Of a DNA stretch of 64,000 bases, positions 10,956 to 20,567 are shown one piece after another (position 1 is the stretch's first letter; the number at the start of each line of letters is the position of its first letter). Source of the DNA: an uncultured Trueperaceae bacterium (GTDB taxonomy: Bacteria; Deinococcota; Deinococci; Deinococcales; Trueperaceae). The position numbers and the translations under genes were made by a program. Location: positions 230,074 to 294,073 of the forward strand of contig CAVSGP010000005.1 in assembly GCA_963727505.1 (NCBI GenBank). Reading direction: 5' to 3'. Under the pieces are notes generated by a model. It saw only the letters and a program-made list of their open reading frames with translations, made no database searches and was not told the DNA's origin.

Positions 10956-11537
10956 GTGGTGACCCATCCCGGAGCCGGCGAGAACGTCAAGGACCGGATC
11001 CTCGACGAGGCGGCCGGTCTCTTCATCACGCACGGTTACCACGGGCTGTCGATGCGCCAGATCGCCGAGGCGGTGGGGGTGTCCAAGGCGGGGCTGTACT
11101 ACCACTTCGAGGACAAGGAGACGCTCTTCCTGGCGATCCTGCTGCACCACATCGAGCGGGTGGGGGTGCTGGTCGACCGGGCCCGTGCCGGCGGCGGGAG
11201 CGCGCGCGACCAGGTGCGCGCGGTACTGACCAACATCCTCACGCACATGCGTGGCAGCCAGCGTTTCATCCGGCTCGCGGAGCAGGACGCCGTCAGCCTG
11301 CACCCAGCGTCGCGCGAGCAGATGCATCGGGCCTACCGCCAGCGCTTCCTCGGGCCCATCGAGGCGATCCTGGAGCAGGGCGTCGACAGCGGCGAGCTGC
11401 GTCCGCTCGACCCCGCCCAGACGACCTGGCTGTTGCTGGGGCTGGCCTTCTCCGGGTTGTCGGCCAGTCCGGAGCGGGTGCCCGCGGTGGTGAAGCTCAT
11501 CGAAGGGGTCTTCTTCGAGGGCGTCGAGGCGCGCTGA
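10956..11537 (+). CDS. TetR/AcrR family regulator
   Basis: GYHGLSMRQIAEAVGVSKAGLYYHFEDKE helix-turn-helix; start is approximate. Confidence 0.93.
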   Translation: MVTHPGAGENVKDRILDEAAGLFITHGYHGLSMRQIAEAVGVSKAGLYYHFEDKETLFLAILLHHIERVGVLVDRARAGGGSARDQVRAVLTNILTHMRGSQRFIRLAEQDAVSLHPASREQMHRAYRQRFLGPIEAILEQGVDSGELRPLDPAQTTWLLLGLAFSGLSASPERVPAVVKLIEGVFFEGVEAR

Positions 11538-11591
11538 GCAACGCCTGGGGCGGCGACGCCGGTGCCGAAGCGGCGCTGATAGCATGACCGG

Positions 11592-14075
11592 GTGGCACTG
11601 TCGCTGCTCGTCGGGCCGCCGGGATCGGGCCGCACCCACGCCTTGCTGGCGCGCGCTCGCGAGGCGTGCGCGGCGGGGCAGCGCGTGTGGTGGGTGGGCC
11701 TGCCGGCGCAACGCGATGCCGTCTACCGGCGGGCGACGCTGGAGGGCTCGGCCCCAGCCTCGGGTGCGACCCAGCGTGGCGCAGCCGCCGGCGCCGCGCT
11801 CCTCGGTCTCGAGTTCCTGACGCTGCAACAGGTCTACTACCGGATGCTGGCGCGCGCCCGCGCGTTGCACCCGCTCGTCATCGGCAGCGGCCGCCTGGTG
11901 CTGGTGGGGGAGGCTCTGGCGGAGGTCGCCGGGGCGGTGCCGGCGCCCGGCGAAGCGCGGCTCTTCGCGCAGGCCATCGCCGAGGCCAAGCGCTACGCCG
12001 TGGGGCCGGACGGCGTGACCGGCGACGGGGGCCTCGGCGACGGGGGCCTAAGCGACGGGGGTCTGGGCGACGGGGGTCTAGGCGACGACGACCCCGAGCG
12101 CCGCAGGCTGGCGCGTGTCTTCGCCGCCTACGAGCGCCGCAAGCGCGCTTCCGACGACGCCTGGGACTACGACGACTTCCGCGCGGGCGCCCGGCGGCTG
12201 GCCGAGACCGCGCCCGAGGCGTGCGAGGCGGACCTCATCATCGTCGACGGCTTCCGGGAGCTGGGCCCGCTCGAGCTGCGGCTGTTCCGGGCCCTGGGGC
12301 GGCATCGCGAGGTCCACATCGCGCTGCCCGAGGCGCCCGCAGGTCTGGCGTGGGCGGACGTGGCGCCCGCGCCCGGTGCACCGCAGCGCACCGTCGAGCG
12401 CTACCGCGCTCCCAACCCTGTCGCCGAGGCCCGCTGGGTGCTGCGTTCGCTCAAGCGCGACCTGGCCGAGGGCGGGTACGACCCGCTCGAGCTGGCGCTC
12501 ATCGCGCCTCCCGAACGGGTGCGGGCGCTCGACGCGCTCGCCGACGAGTACGGCGTTCCGCTGATCGACGAGACGCCGATCTCGCTGGCGGACGCGCCGG
12601 CGGGGCGGGTGCTGGTCGAGCTGCTCGAGCTACCCGACCACCCCACGCCCGCGGGCCTGCTTGCGGTGCCGGAGCTGGCGGAGCTGGCCGACGCCGCCCT
12701 GGACGCCGGCGTGGCAGGCGGCGACGCCATCCTGGCGCTGGCCGAACGGCTCGGTGTGCACGAACGCTACCGCGACTGGCTGGCCACCCTGGAGGCGCAG
12801 GGCGAGCCGCTGGCGTGGGCGCGGCACATGCTGGCTTCGGTGCTGCCGGCGGTGCTGTTGAGGGCGCCGGAGGGGGCCGACGGCGGGCTGGAGGCCTTCC
12901 GGGAAGCGGCGCTGCGCGCCGCCCAGGAGGCGTCGCAGCTCGCCGAGGGACCCGGCTTCCGAGCCTGGTGGGCGGCGCTGTTGCGTCAGGGGCGGCTGCC
13001 CCGCGAACGGCCCGGGGGGGTGGCGCTCCTCACGTCGACGCTGGCGAGCGGACGCCACTTCCGCAAGGCCTACCTGCTGGGCGCCGTGGAGGGCGCCTAC
13101 GGCGCCGGCGAGCGCGAGGACTACTTCGTGCCCGAGGACGACCGTGCGGCGTTGGACGCGAGCAACGAACGCCTGGGGCTGCCGCACCGCTTCCAGGGCC
13201 GCGACGCCGCCGTGCTCGAGGAGCTGCTGGCGCGGGCCGACGTGCTGGTGGTGACGGCTCCCGAGGCCGACCAGGGCGGCCCGCTGGTGGCGGAACCCCG
13301 CCTGGTGGGTGAGAAGGCTCCGCCGCTGCCGGAGGTGCCCGCCGGCAGCTCGCTCGAGCTCCCCGCCGACACCCGCTACCGGGCCGAGCTGGGCGCGGTG
13401 GAGCTGGGCGCGTCGACCGTCGAGGCGCTCCACCGCTTCGACACCTGCTCGTTGCGCTACTGGGGCGAGCGCCGGCTGCAGGAGCGGAGCCCGGACGCGT
13501 CGCCCTGGTGGGAGACGCTCAGGCGCGATCTGTGCCGCGACCGGACCCTGACGCCCGAGCGGCGCGCGGCCCTGGCGGCCGCTTACCCGGACGCCGCGGC
13601 CTGGATCGAGCGGCAGGGCGCCGCGCTGTCGGCGCTGACCTTCGGCGTGCGCCTGCCCTCGGACACCAGCGCTCAGGCGGGTGCGACCGTCCAGGCCCGC
13701 CTCGACGCCGCCGTCCGCGAGGGCGGGCACGCCACGCTGGTGCGCTTCGTCGCGCCCGATGCGGTGGCCGACGCGGCCGAGGCGGAGCGCTACGTGAAGG
13801 ATCGCTGGACCGAGCTGTGGGCGGCCGGGCACCTGCTCGAGCGCTACCGCGGCCGTGTCAAGCGCGTCGACGTGCGGGTGTGGCCGCTGCTGGGCGAACC
13901 GATCGACGTGTTCGAGCGCGGTATCACCTACCGCTGGCGTCAGATCGAGACGCGCGCCCGCCGGGCTTCGGCCGCCCTCGAACGCTTCGAGCGCGGCGAG
14001 GTGACACCCCAGCCCGGGTTCCACTGCCGTAGCTGCCCCATCTTCGACGTGTGCCGCGAGGGCCGGGCGTCGTGA
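11592..14075 (+). CDS. AddB-like helicase-nuclease subunit
   Basis: N-terminal GPPGSGRT, IIVDGF, C-terminal Cys set (DTC...CRSCPIFDVC); coupled to a UvrD-like gene by a GTGA overlap. Confidence 0.75.
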   Translation: MALSLLVGPPGSGRTHALLARAREACAAGQRVWWVGLPAQRDAVYRRATLEGSAPASGATQRGAAAGAALLGLEFLTLQQVYYRMLARARALHPLVIGSGRLVLVGEALAEVAGAVPAPGEARLFAQAIAEAKRYAVGPDGVTGDGGLGDGGLSDGGLGDGGLGDDDPERRRLARVFAAYERRKRASDDAWDYDDFRAGARRLAETAPEACEADLIIVDGFRELGPLELRLFRALGRHREVHIALPEAPAGLAWADVAPAPGAPQRTVERYRAPNPVAEARWVLRSLKRDLAEGGYDPLELALIAPPERVRALDALADEYGVPLIDETPISLADAPAGRVLVELLELPDHPTPAGLLAVPELAELADAALDAGVAGGDAILALAERLGVHERYRDWLATLEAQGEPLAWARHMLASVLPAVLLRAPEGADGGLEAFREAALRAAQEASQLAEGPGFRAWWAALLRQGRLPRERPGGVALLTSTLASGRHFRKAYLLGAVEGAYGAGEREDYFVPEDDRAALDASNERLGLPHRFQGRDAAVLEELLARADVLVVTAPEADQGGPLVAEPRLVGEKAPPLPEVPAGSSLELPADTRYRAELGAVELGASTVEALHRFDTCSLRYWGERRLQERSPDASPWWETLRRDLCRDRTLTPERRAALAAAYPDAAAWIERQGAALSALTFGVRLPSDTSAQAGATVQARLDAAVREGGHATLVRFVAPDAVADAAEAERYVKDRWTELWAAGHLLERYRGRVKRVDVRVWPLLGEPIDVFERGITYRWRQIETRARRASAALERFERGEVTPQPGFHCRSCPIFDVCREGRAS

Positions 14076-16963
14076 GGGTCCGCGTGGCGTCGGCCGGCAC
14101 CGGCAAGACCACCAGTCTGGTGGCGCGCTACCTGCAGCTCGTCGACGGCGGCCGGCCGCTGCGGCGCATCGCCGGCGTCACCTTCACCCGGGCGGCCGCC
14201 GACGAGCTGCGGCAGCGCGTGGGCGCCGGCATCGAGGAGGTGCTGACGGCGGGCGGCTACCTGGGGTCGGTCTTCCGCCCGTCGGGCGAGCTGGCCCCGT
14301 TCCGGCGGGCCCGGAGGGAGCTCGACGGCGCCGTGATCAGCACCATCCACGGCTTCATGATCGCGACCCTGCGGCTATCGGCGCCGGTGCTCGGGCTCGA
14401 CCCCGACTTCGGCGTGCTGGGCGAGTGGGAGGCCGCCGCCATGTTCGAAGAGGAGGTGCGCAGCCTGCAGCTCCTCGCTGCCGACCCCGGCCACCCCCGC
14501 CACGCCGACGCCGCCGCGCTGGGCGAGCGGGCCGGCGAGCTGCTGCTGGCGCTGTTCGGCAAGCGCTCGCTGGCGCCCGATCTGGCGCCCGGGCCCCAGC
14601 CGCAGGACCGCGCCCTGCTGGCGCTGTTCCGCGTCGCCTACGAGCGCTACCTGGCGCGGCTGTCGGGGGCGCTGGTGGCGCCCGGGGAGGTCGAGCGCCG
14701 GGCGCTCAAGGCCCTCGACGTGCCGCAGGCGCGCGCCCGCGTCGTGGCGCGTTTCCCGGTGGCGCTCGTCGACGAGTTCCAGGACGTCAACCCGGTGCAG
14801 GGCGCCTTCTTCCGGCGGCTGGAGGAGGCGGGCGTGCAGGTCGAGGTGGTCGGCGACCCCAAGCAGTCGATCTACGGGTTCCGCAATGCCGACGTCGAGG
14901 TGTTCCGCACGGCGCTGGACGACGCCGAGCGCACCGGCGAGGTGCAGCCGCCGCTGACCGACACCCGCCGTCACGCGCGCGTCGTGACGGCGTTCCTCAA
15001 CCGCCTCACCGACGGGCTGGCCCGCCGCTCGCTGGGGTTCGGGCCGCGCGAGGCACCCCCGGTGCATGCCGCCGGCGGCCAGGCGGAGAAGGAAGGGCGG
15101 GTGGCGCTGCACTGGGTGGTGGGAGACGACCGCATGGCCCTCCTGCGCGCCCGCGAGGGCGCCGTTCTGGCCGAGGCGCTGCAACGTCACCACGCCGCCG
15201 GCACCGCCTACGGCGACATGGCTGTGCTGGCCCGCAGCTACGGAGGGCTGGCGGTGGCCGAGGAGGCTTTGCGCGGCGCCGGCGTGCCCTGCGTGATGCT
15301 CCAGGGCCGCGGCTACTACGAGCGCAGCGAGATCCGCGATCTGTACCACGCCCTGCGCGTCGGTATCCGGCCCGAGGGGGTGAGCCTGCCCGCCTTCCTG
15401 CGGGGCCCCTTCGCTCAGCTCGAGCTGCCGCGGGTCGACGCCGTGATGCGCGCCGAGCGCCCCCTGCAGGCGCTGCGCGAGGTCGCCCCGGCGGTCGCCG
15501 AGCGCATCGAGGCGCTGCAAGCCATCGCGCGGCTGGCGCCCCTGGAGGCCGTCAAGCGGCTCGTGCGCGATCCCCTGGTGGACGGCCGTCGCTACGTCGA
15601 GTTCCTCGACGAGCGCGCCCGCCAGAACGTCGATGCGCTGCTGTTCGAGGTCGCGGCGAGCACCCCGCGCGACCTCGAGGTGCTGCTCGACCGGCTCGAG
15701 CTGCTCAGCCGCCAGGCCGAGGCCGGCGATGTCCCGCAGAGCGGCGCCGGCGTGCGGCTGCTCACGGTGCACCGTTCCAAGGGCCTCGAGTTCCCCCTGG
15801 CCGCAGTGTTCGATGCCGGCCGCATGCTCGTGGCGCGCTCCGATGCGCTCTACCTCGATCCGCGCGACGGCCGCCCGCTGCTGGCGGGTAGCGAAGGCTA
15901 CGAGGAGGCCCGCCGCCGCGCGCAGGAGCGCGACGAGCAGGAGAGCTACCGGCTGCTCTACGTCGCGGCCAGCCGCGCGCGCGACACCCTCGTCCTGACC
16001 GGCAGCGTCAAGGCGGGCGACCCTCAGGGTTGGGCCGCGGCGCTGGCGGCGATCGGCTTCGGACCCGACGGCAGGGCGCCCGACGGCAACTCACCCGACG
16101 GCAGGGCGCCCGGTGACGCTCGTGACGACGCGTTGGGCGTGACGGTCCACACCCACGCCGCCGCCGAGCTCGAGCCGCTGCAGCGCGCCGGCGAGGAGGC
16201 CCCAGCCGCCGGGCTGCCGGCCGCGCCGTGGCTGACGCGCCGCTTCCCGCCGCACCGCTACCCGGCGGTGTACAGCCCCTCCCGTCTGAAGCGCGAGGTC
16301 GACCGGAAGGCCGCGCCCGATCCGGCCACCGATCCGTTGTCTGATCCGTTGTCTGATCCGTTGTCTGAGCTGGCGTCTGAGCCGGCGTCCGAGCCGGCCG
16401 CCGAGCCGCTGCCCCCCTCCGACCCCGACGTCGCCTCGGTGCTGCCGGGGCGCGGCCCCGTGGTCGGCACGCTGGTGCACTACGCCATCGGCCAGGGCTG
16501 GGACCCGGACGAGGCAGCCACCCGCGCCAACCTGGTGGCGCAGGAGGTGATGTTCGCCTTCGCGCCCGACGAGCGGCGGGTGCTGCTCGACGAGGTGCTG
16601 GCTCTGCTGCGGCGCTACCGCTCGCTGTTGGGGGGTGCGCTGCCGGCGCTGGCTGCGCGCCAGCACGACCGAGCCGAGCTGCCGGTGGCGGTGCCGTACG
16701 GCGGCACCGTGTGGCAGGGGGTCATCGACCGGCTGTATCGGGTGGACGGGGAGTGGGTCGTGGAGGACTACAAGACCGACAGGACCGTACGCCCGGAACG
16801 CTACGCCTTCCAGCTCGCGCTCTACGTCCACGCCGTGGAGCGCGCCCTCGGGGAGCGCCCGCGCGCACAGCTCGTCTATCTGCGCGAGGGCACGGTCGTT
16901 CCCGTCGGCGACGCCGCCCTGCGCGAGGCGTTCGCCCGCGCCTTGGAGGGGGAGCGCGCGTGA
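14072..16963 (+). CDS. AddA-like UvrD helicase with C-terminal PD-(D/E)xK nuclease
   Basis: [53 protein letters not shown] and GVIDRL...EDYKT motifs. Confidence 0.9.
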   Translation: MRVRVASAGTGKTTSLVARYLQLVDGGRPLRRIAGVTFTRAAADELRQRVGAGIEEVLTAGGYLGSVFRPSGELAPFRRARRELDGAVISTIHGFMIATLRLSAPVLGLDPDFGVLGEWEAAAMFEEEVRSLQLLAADPGHPRHADAAALGERAGELLLALFGKRSLAPDLAPGPQPQDRALLALFRVAYERYLARLSGALVAPGEVERRALKALDVPQARARVVARFPVALVDEFQDVNPVQGAFFRRLEEAGVQVEVVGDPKQSIYGFRNADVEVFRTALDDAERTGEVQPPLTDTRRHARVVTAFLNRLTDGLARRSLGFGPREAPPVHAAGGQAEKEGRVALHWVVGDDRMALLRAREGAVLAEALQRHHAAGTAYGDMAVLARSYGGLAVAEEALRGAGVPCVMLQGRGYYERSEIRDLYHALRVGIRPEGVSLPAFLRGPFAQLELPRVDAVMRAERPLQALREVAPAVAERIEALQAIARLAPLEAVKRLVRDPLVDGRRYVEFLDERARQNVDALLFEVAASTPRDLEVLLDRLELLSRQAEAGDVPQSGAGVRLLTVHRSKGLEFPLAAVFDAGRMLVARSDALYLDPRDGRPLLAGSEGYEEARRRAQERDEQESYRLLYVAASRARDTLVLTGSVKAGDPQGWAAALAAIGFGPDGRAPDGNSPDGRAPGDARDDALGVTVHTHAAAELEPLQRAGEEAPAAGLPAAPWLTRRFPPHRYPAVYSPSRLKREVDRKAAPDPATDPLSDPLSDPLSELASEPASEPAAEPLPPSDPDVASVLPGRGPVVGTLVHYAIGQGWDPDEAATRANLVAQEVMFAFAPDERRVLLDEVLALLRRYRSLLGGALPALAARQHDRAELPVAVPYGGTVWQGVIDRLYRVDGEWVVEDYKTDRTVRPERYAFQLALYVHAVERALGERPRAQLVYLREGTVVPVGDAALREAFARALEGERA

Positions 16964-17385
16964 GCGGGGCCTCCCCGTCGCGACTCACCCTCGAGCTCCA
17001 GGTGCAGGACGCAGATCTGGACGAGCTCGAGCACGTCAACAACGCGGCCTACCTGCGCTACGCCGAGGAGGCCGCCCGCGCGCACTCCGCCGCCCGCGGC
17101 TTCCCGCTGGAGGCCTACATGGCCCTGGGAGCGCTGCCGGTGGTGCGCCGCCACGAGATCCGCTACCGCCGGCCCGCCCTGCCCGGCGACACGCTGGCCG
17201 TGACCACCGAGGTGCGCCGCTTGGACGGACGGCGGGCGGTGCGGCACACCGACATCCGGCGCGCCGCAGACGGCGCGTTGCTGGCCGAGGCCGACACCGA
17301 GTGGGTCTGGGTGGACGCCGAGCGCGGCCGGCCCGTGCGTGTGCCGGAGGCCGTGCTGGCGGCCTTCGAGGTCGCCGGTGCCTAG
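16960..17385 (+). CDS. Acyl-CoA thioesterase (YbgC/4HBT family)
   Basis: [20 protein letters not shown] motif; GTGA overlap with the upstream gene. Confidence 0.88.
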   Translation: MSGASPSRLTLELQVQDADLDELEHVNNAAYLRYAEEAARAHSAARGFPLEAYMALGALPVVRRHEIRYRRPALPGDTLAVTTEVRRLDGRRAVRHTDIRRAADGALLAEADTEWVWVDAERGRPVRVPEAVLAAFEVAGA

Positions 17386-18077
17386 CCGGGCGTCCCGGGC
17401 GGGGAGGCGGTGCGGTAGAGCACCGCGTTGCCCTGTTTGCCCACCGGCTCGATGAGCTCGAGCGCGCGAAGGCAGTAGGCGGCCTCCTGGGCCGTGCGCC
17501 GGGGCAGCTTGCCGAGCGTCGCCAGGTCTGCCGTGCCGAAGGGTTCGGGCAGCGCGTCGGGCAGGAACGCCAACAGATCGCTCGGTCGCTCGAGGCGCCG
17601 GCGTTCGTGAATGGCGAGCAGCTCGCGCCCCACCACCACCCAGCCGCGCCGGCGCCATGCCTTGCCGGGCTGGTGGCGCCGCAACTCCTCCTGCTCGGTC
17701 AGCGCCATTTCCACCTCGAAGTTGGGGTGCGAGAGCAGGTCGGGGATGCTGACCAGCTCGCGGAAGATGTCCTCGGCACGGCCGCGCTTGGGCGAGCGGC
17801 GCCGGCTACGGCTGCCGTCCTCGTAACAGCGCACGATCCACTTGCGCTCGGCGACGGGGAGCACCAGCCGCAGGCGGTGGTTGGGAAGCAGGGCCGCCAG
17901 CTTGGAGCGCATGCCGGCAACGTTGCGGGTCTGGATCTCGATCAGCAGGTCATCGGCCACGATGTCCACGACGTAACCGTCGACGTCGACCTCGAAGCGG
18001 CTGCCCGGAGGCGCCAGCCGTTGCTTGAGTGCGGCGTGCAGGGGTGTCTCGTTGAGCGAGCCGATGACCCGGGGCAC
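17382..18077 (-). CDS. Hypothetical protein with PD-(D/E)xK-like N-terminus and possible C-terminal winged helix
   Basis: [14 protein letters not shown]...[20 protein letters not shown] 5 nt before the GTG. Confidence 0.75.
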   Translation of the reverse strand: MPRVIGSLNETPLHAALKQRLAPPGSRFEVDVDGYVVDIVADDLLIEIQTRNVAGMRSKLAALLPNHRLRLVLPVAERKWIVRCYEDGSRSRRRSPKRGRAEDIFRELVSIPDLLSHPNFEVEMALTEQEELRRHQPGKAWRRRGWVVVGRELLAIHERRRLERPSDLLAFLPDALPEPFGTADLATLGKLPRRTAQEAAYCLRALELIEPVGKQGNAVLYRTASPPGTPG

Positions 18078-18159
18078 GGGCCATGGTATCCGTCCAGGCG
18101 TTCTAGGGTTTTGCCTAGTTACCGACCACGCCGCCGCGCGGTTCTGGCACACTCGCTCC

Positions 18160-18420
18160 ATGGATCTCACCGAACGACCGGCAACCTTGGGCGGCATGGA
18201 GGGCGTTCTCATCGGCACTGCGGAGGACGGGTGGGTGTGGCGCACGGAGGTCCCGGCGGGCAAGCTCGCCACCTTCCTCGGCGGCACGGCCGCGGGCTCG
18301 GTGCTCGAGCTCCGCTCGGAGTCGGGCGTGTGCCACGCCGACGTGCGCCGCTGCTGGGTGGACGTGGGCGACGAGGCCTTCACCCTGCGCGTGGCGTTGC
18401 AGGCGCGCCCGGTGGCCTGA
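18160..18420 (+). CDS. Small hypothetical protein (86 aa)
   Basis: Coding-like codon usage; -10-like CACACT 6 nt before the ATG. Confidence 0.6.
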   Translation: MDLTERPATLGGMEGVLIGTAEDGWVWRTEVPAGKLATFLGGTAAGSVLELRSESGVCHADVRRCWVDVGDEAFTLRVALQARPVA

Positions 18421-18515
18421 GGCGCCCGCCTGCCTGCCCGGCCGCCTGCCCAGCTGCCTGCCCGACTGCCTGTTCTGCCGCGTGCCCGCCGGTGCGCCGC
18501 AGGCGGCGCGCGCTC

Positions 18516-18544
18516 TTGCCAAGGGGCCTCGCAGGCCCTAGACT
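18516..18544 (+). promoter_or_regulatory. csp promoter, giving a 5' UTR of about 140 nt
   Basis: TTGCCA-17-TAGACT. Confidence 0.7.
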
Positions 18545-18689
18545 GCTCTCGTCCGGAAAGGGCGTCCGTCACGCCCTTCGCCGGCATCCCGCCCGGTCGG
18601 CCCCAGGGCGCGTGCGCGCTGCGACCGTCCGCCGGGATGAACTTTTCGGGTCCGCGCCTTCCAGGGTGAGCGGACCGGTAGGGAAGATC

Positions 18690-18941
18690 ATGGCGACAGG
18701 CAAGGTGAAGTGGTTCAGCAACGAGAAGGGCTACGGCTTCATCGAGCAGGATGGGGGCGGGGAGGACGTGTTCGTCCACTTCTCGGCCATCCAGGGCGAC
18801 GGTTTCCGTTCGCTGGGCGAGGGTGACGCCGTCAGCTTCGACATCGAGCAGGGCCGTAAGGGGCCGCAGGCGCAGAACGTCGTCGTGACGGCCGCCGGCA
18901 GCCCGCAGCCCAGCGCAGGGGGTCGCCGCGAACGCTTCTGA
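18690..18941 (+). CDS. csp: Cold-shock protein
   Basis: [16 protein letters not shown] and DVFVHFSAI (RNP1/RNP2) motifs. Confidence 0.97.
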   Translation: MATGKVKWFSNEKGYGFIEQDGGGEDVFVHFSAIQGDGFRSLGEGDAVSFDIEQGRKGPQAQNVVVTAAGSPQPSAGGRRERF

Positions 18942-18959
18942 CAGGTCGCTCGAACCTCC

Positions 18960-18995
18960 ACGGGCCCGGTGCGTGCACCGGGCCCGTTCTTCGTT
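18960..18995 (+). terminator. Intrinsic terminator after csp
   Basis: ACGGGCCCGGTGC/GCACCGGGCCCGT stem followed by TCTTCGTT. Confidence 0.75.
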
Positions 18996-19057
18996 GTGGG
19001 AGCTAGAATGCCGTGGGGACCGGCCCCTGCGGGTGCGGGCCCCGGATGGGAGGTGCC

Positions 19058-19264
19058 ATGAGCGAGCACGTCTACAAGAAGATCGAGCTGACCGGGTCCT
19101 CCGAGAAGAGCCTCGAAGACGCCATCAAGAACGCTGTCGCCAAGGCGGCCGAGACGATCCACGACATGCGCTGGTTCGAGGTGGTCGACACCCGCGGCCA
19201 CATCGAGGACGGCCGGGTCGTTCACTACCAGGTCACCATCAAGATCGGCTTCACGCTGGACTGA
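19058..19264 (+). CDS. Dodecin (flavin-binding)
   Basis: [12 protein letters not shown]...WFEV...[18 protein letters not shown]. Confidence 0.95.
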   Translation: MSEHVYKKIELTGSSEKSLEDAIKNAVAKAAETIHDMRWFEVVDTRGHIEDGRVVHYQVTIKIGFTLD

Positions 19265-19394
19265 GGCCGGTGCGGGGCGGGCGCTCGCCTACCCCGGCGG
19301 ACCCCGACGCCAAGGGCGTGCGGCCCGGCGCGCGAGCGCCGGGCCGAAGCTTCGTGGCTCGGCGGCGCCGGATGGAGCGGGGATAGACTCGGGC

Positions 19395-20567
19395 ATGAGC
19401 GAACGACTGCAGGGCATCCTGGCGCTTCCGACGGGGCTGGCGGCGGGCACTCTGGCGTACGGCGAGCGCATCGAAGCGATCGACGCGCAGAGGCCGGCCA
19501 CGACCGGAGCGGCCATGGCGACGCTGCTGGGCGCAGTCCGTCGCGGCGACGCTCCTCTGATCCTGCCCGGCTTCGTCGACGGGCACGTGCACGGCGGCGG
19601 CGGCGGCGACACCATGGACGGACCCGACGGCGTGCGCACGCTCGCCGCGTTCCATCTGCGACACGGCACCACCACGCTGCTGCCCACCACCATCACCAAC
19701 CCGTGGCCCGACGTGCTGCGGGCGTTGCACGGCGTGCGCACGGTCATGGACGATCCCACGGCGCCCGACGGCGGCCCGCTCCCTTCCATCGTGGGAGCGC
19801 ATCTGGAGGGGCCGTTCATCAGTCCGCAGAGGCTCGGCGCGCAGCCCCCCATGACGCTCACCCCCGACCCCGATCGCATCGACGCGGTGCTGGCAGCGGG
19901 CGTGGTGCGGGTGGTGACGCTCGCGCCCGAGGTGGAGGGCGCGCTGCGGGCCGCGACGACGCTGGCGCGGGCCGGCGTGCGGGTGAGTATCGGACACACC
20001 GATGCGGGCTACGACGAGGCGCGCGCGCTCATCGAAGCGGTGCGCGCCGAGGGCGGCACCGTGGGCTTCACGCACCTGTTCAACGCCATGACCGCGCTGG
20101 GGAGCCGGGCGCCGGGCACGGTCGGAGCGGCACTGGCCGACGAGGACGCCTTCGCCGAGCTGATCCTCGATCTGCATCATGTGCACGCCGCCAGCTTCCG
20201 GGCGGCCGCGGCGGCCATGAGCGGCCGTCTCCACCTCATCACCGACGCCATCCGCGCCTGCGGCATGCCGGAGGGGGAGACCGAGCTGGGTGGGCAGCGT
20301 GTGCTGGTGAAGGGTGGGGCGGCGCGGCTCCCGAGCGGCTCGCTGGCAGGCAGCGTGCTCACCCTCGACGCCGCCTTCCGCAACGCCGTGGCTTCCGGGC
20401 TCTCCGTCGTTCGGGCCAGCGCCCTGGCCTCGGGTGTGGCCGCGCGCTACCTGGGGCTGGACGATCGCGGGGAGCTGGCCGTGGGCAAGCGCGCCGACCT
20501 GCTGACGCTCGACGGCGAGCTGGCGCTGCGCTCGGTGGCGGTCGGCGGCCGGGCCGTGCGGCTCTAG
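19395..20567 (+). CDS. nagA: N-acetylglucosamine-6-phosphate deacetylase
   Basis: PGFVDGHVHG, HLEGPF, THLFNAM and LAGSVLT motifs. Confidence 0.93.
   Translation: MSERLQGILALPTGLAAGTLAYGERIEAIDAQRPATTGAAMATLLGAVRRGDAPLILPGFVDGHVHGGGGGDTMDGPDGVRTLAAFHLRHGTTTLLPTTITNPWPDVLRALHGVRTVMDDPTAPDGGPLPSIVGAHLEGPFISPQRLGAQPPMTLTPDPDRIDAVLAAGVVRVVTLAPEVEGALRAATTLARAGVRVSIGHTDAGYDEARALIEAVRAEGGTVGFTHLFNAMTALGSRAPGTVGAALADEDAFAELILDLHHVHAASFRAAAAAMSGRLHLITDAIRACGMPEGETELGGQRVLVKGGAARLPSGSLAGSVLTLDAAFRNAVASGLSVVRASALASGVAARYLGLDDRGELAVGKRADLLTLDGELALRSVAVGGRAVRL

Noticed and set aside
16635..18941. 768-aa ORF ending in a cold-shock domain
   Set aside because: The upstream part overlaps three real genes, and csp has its own promoter and ATG at 18690.
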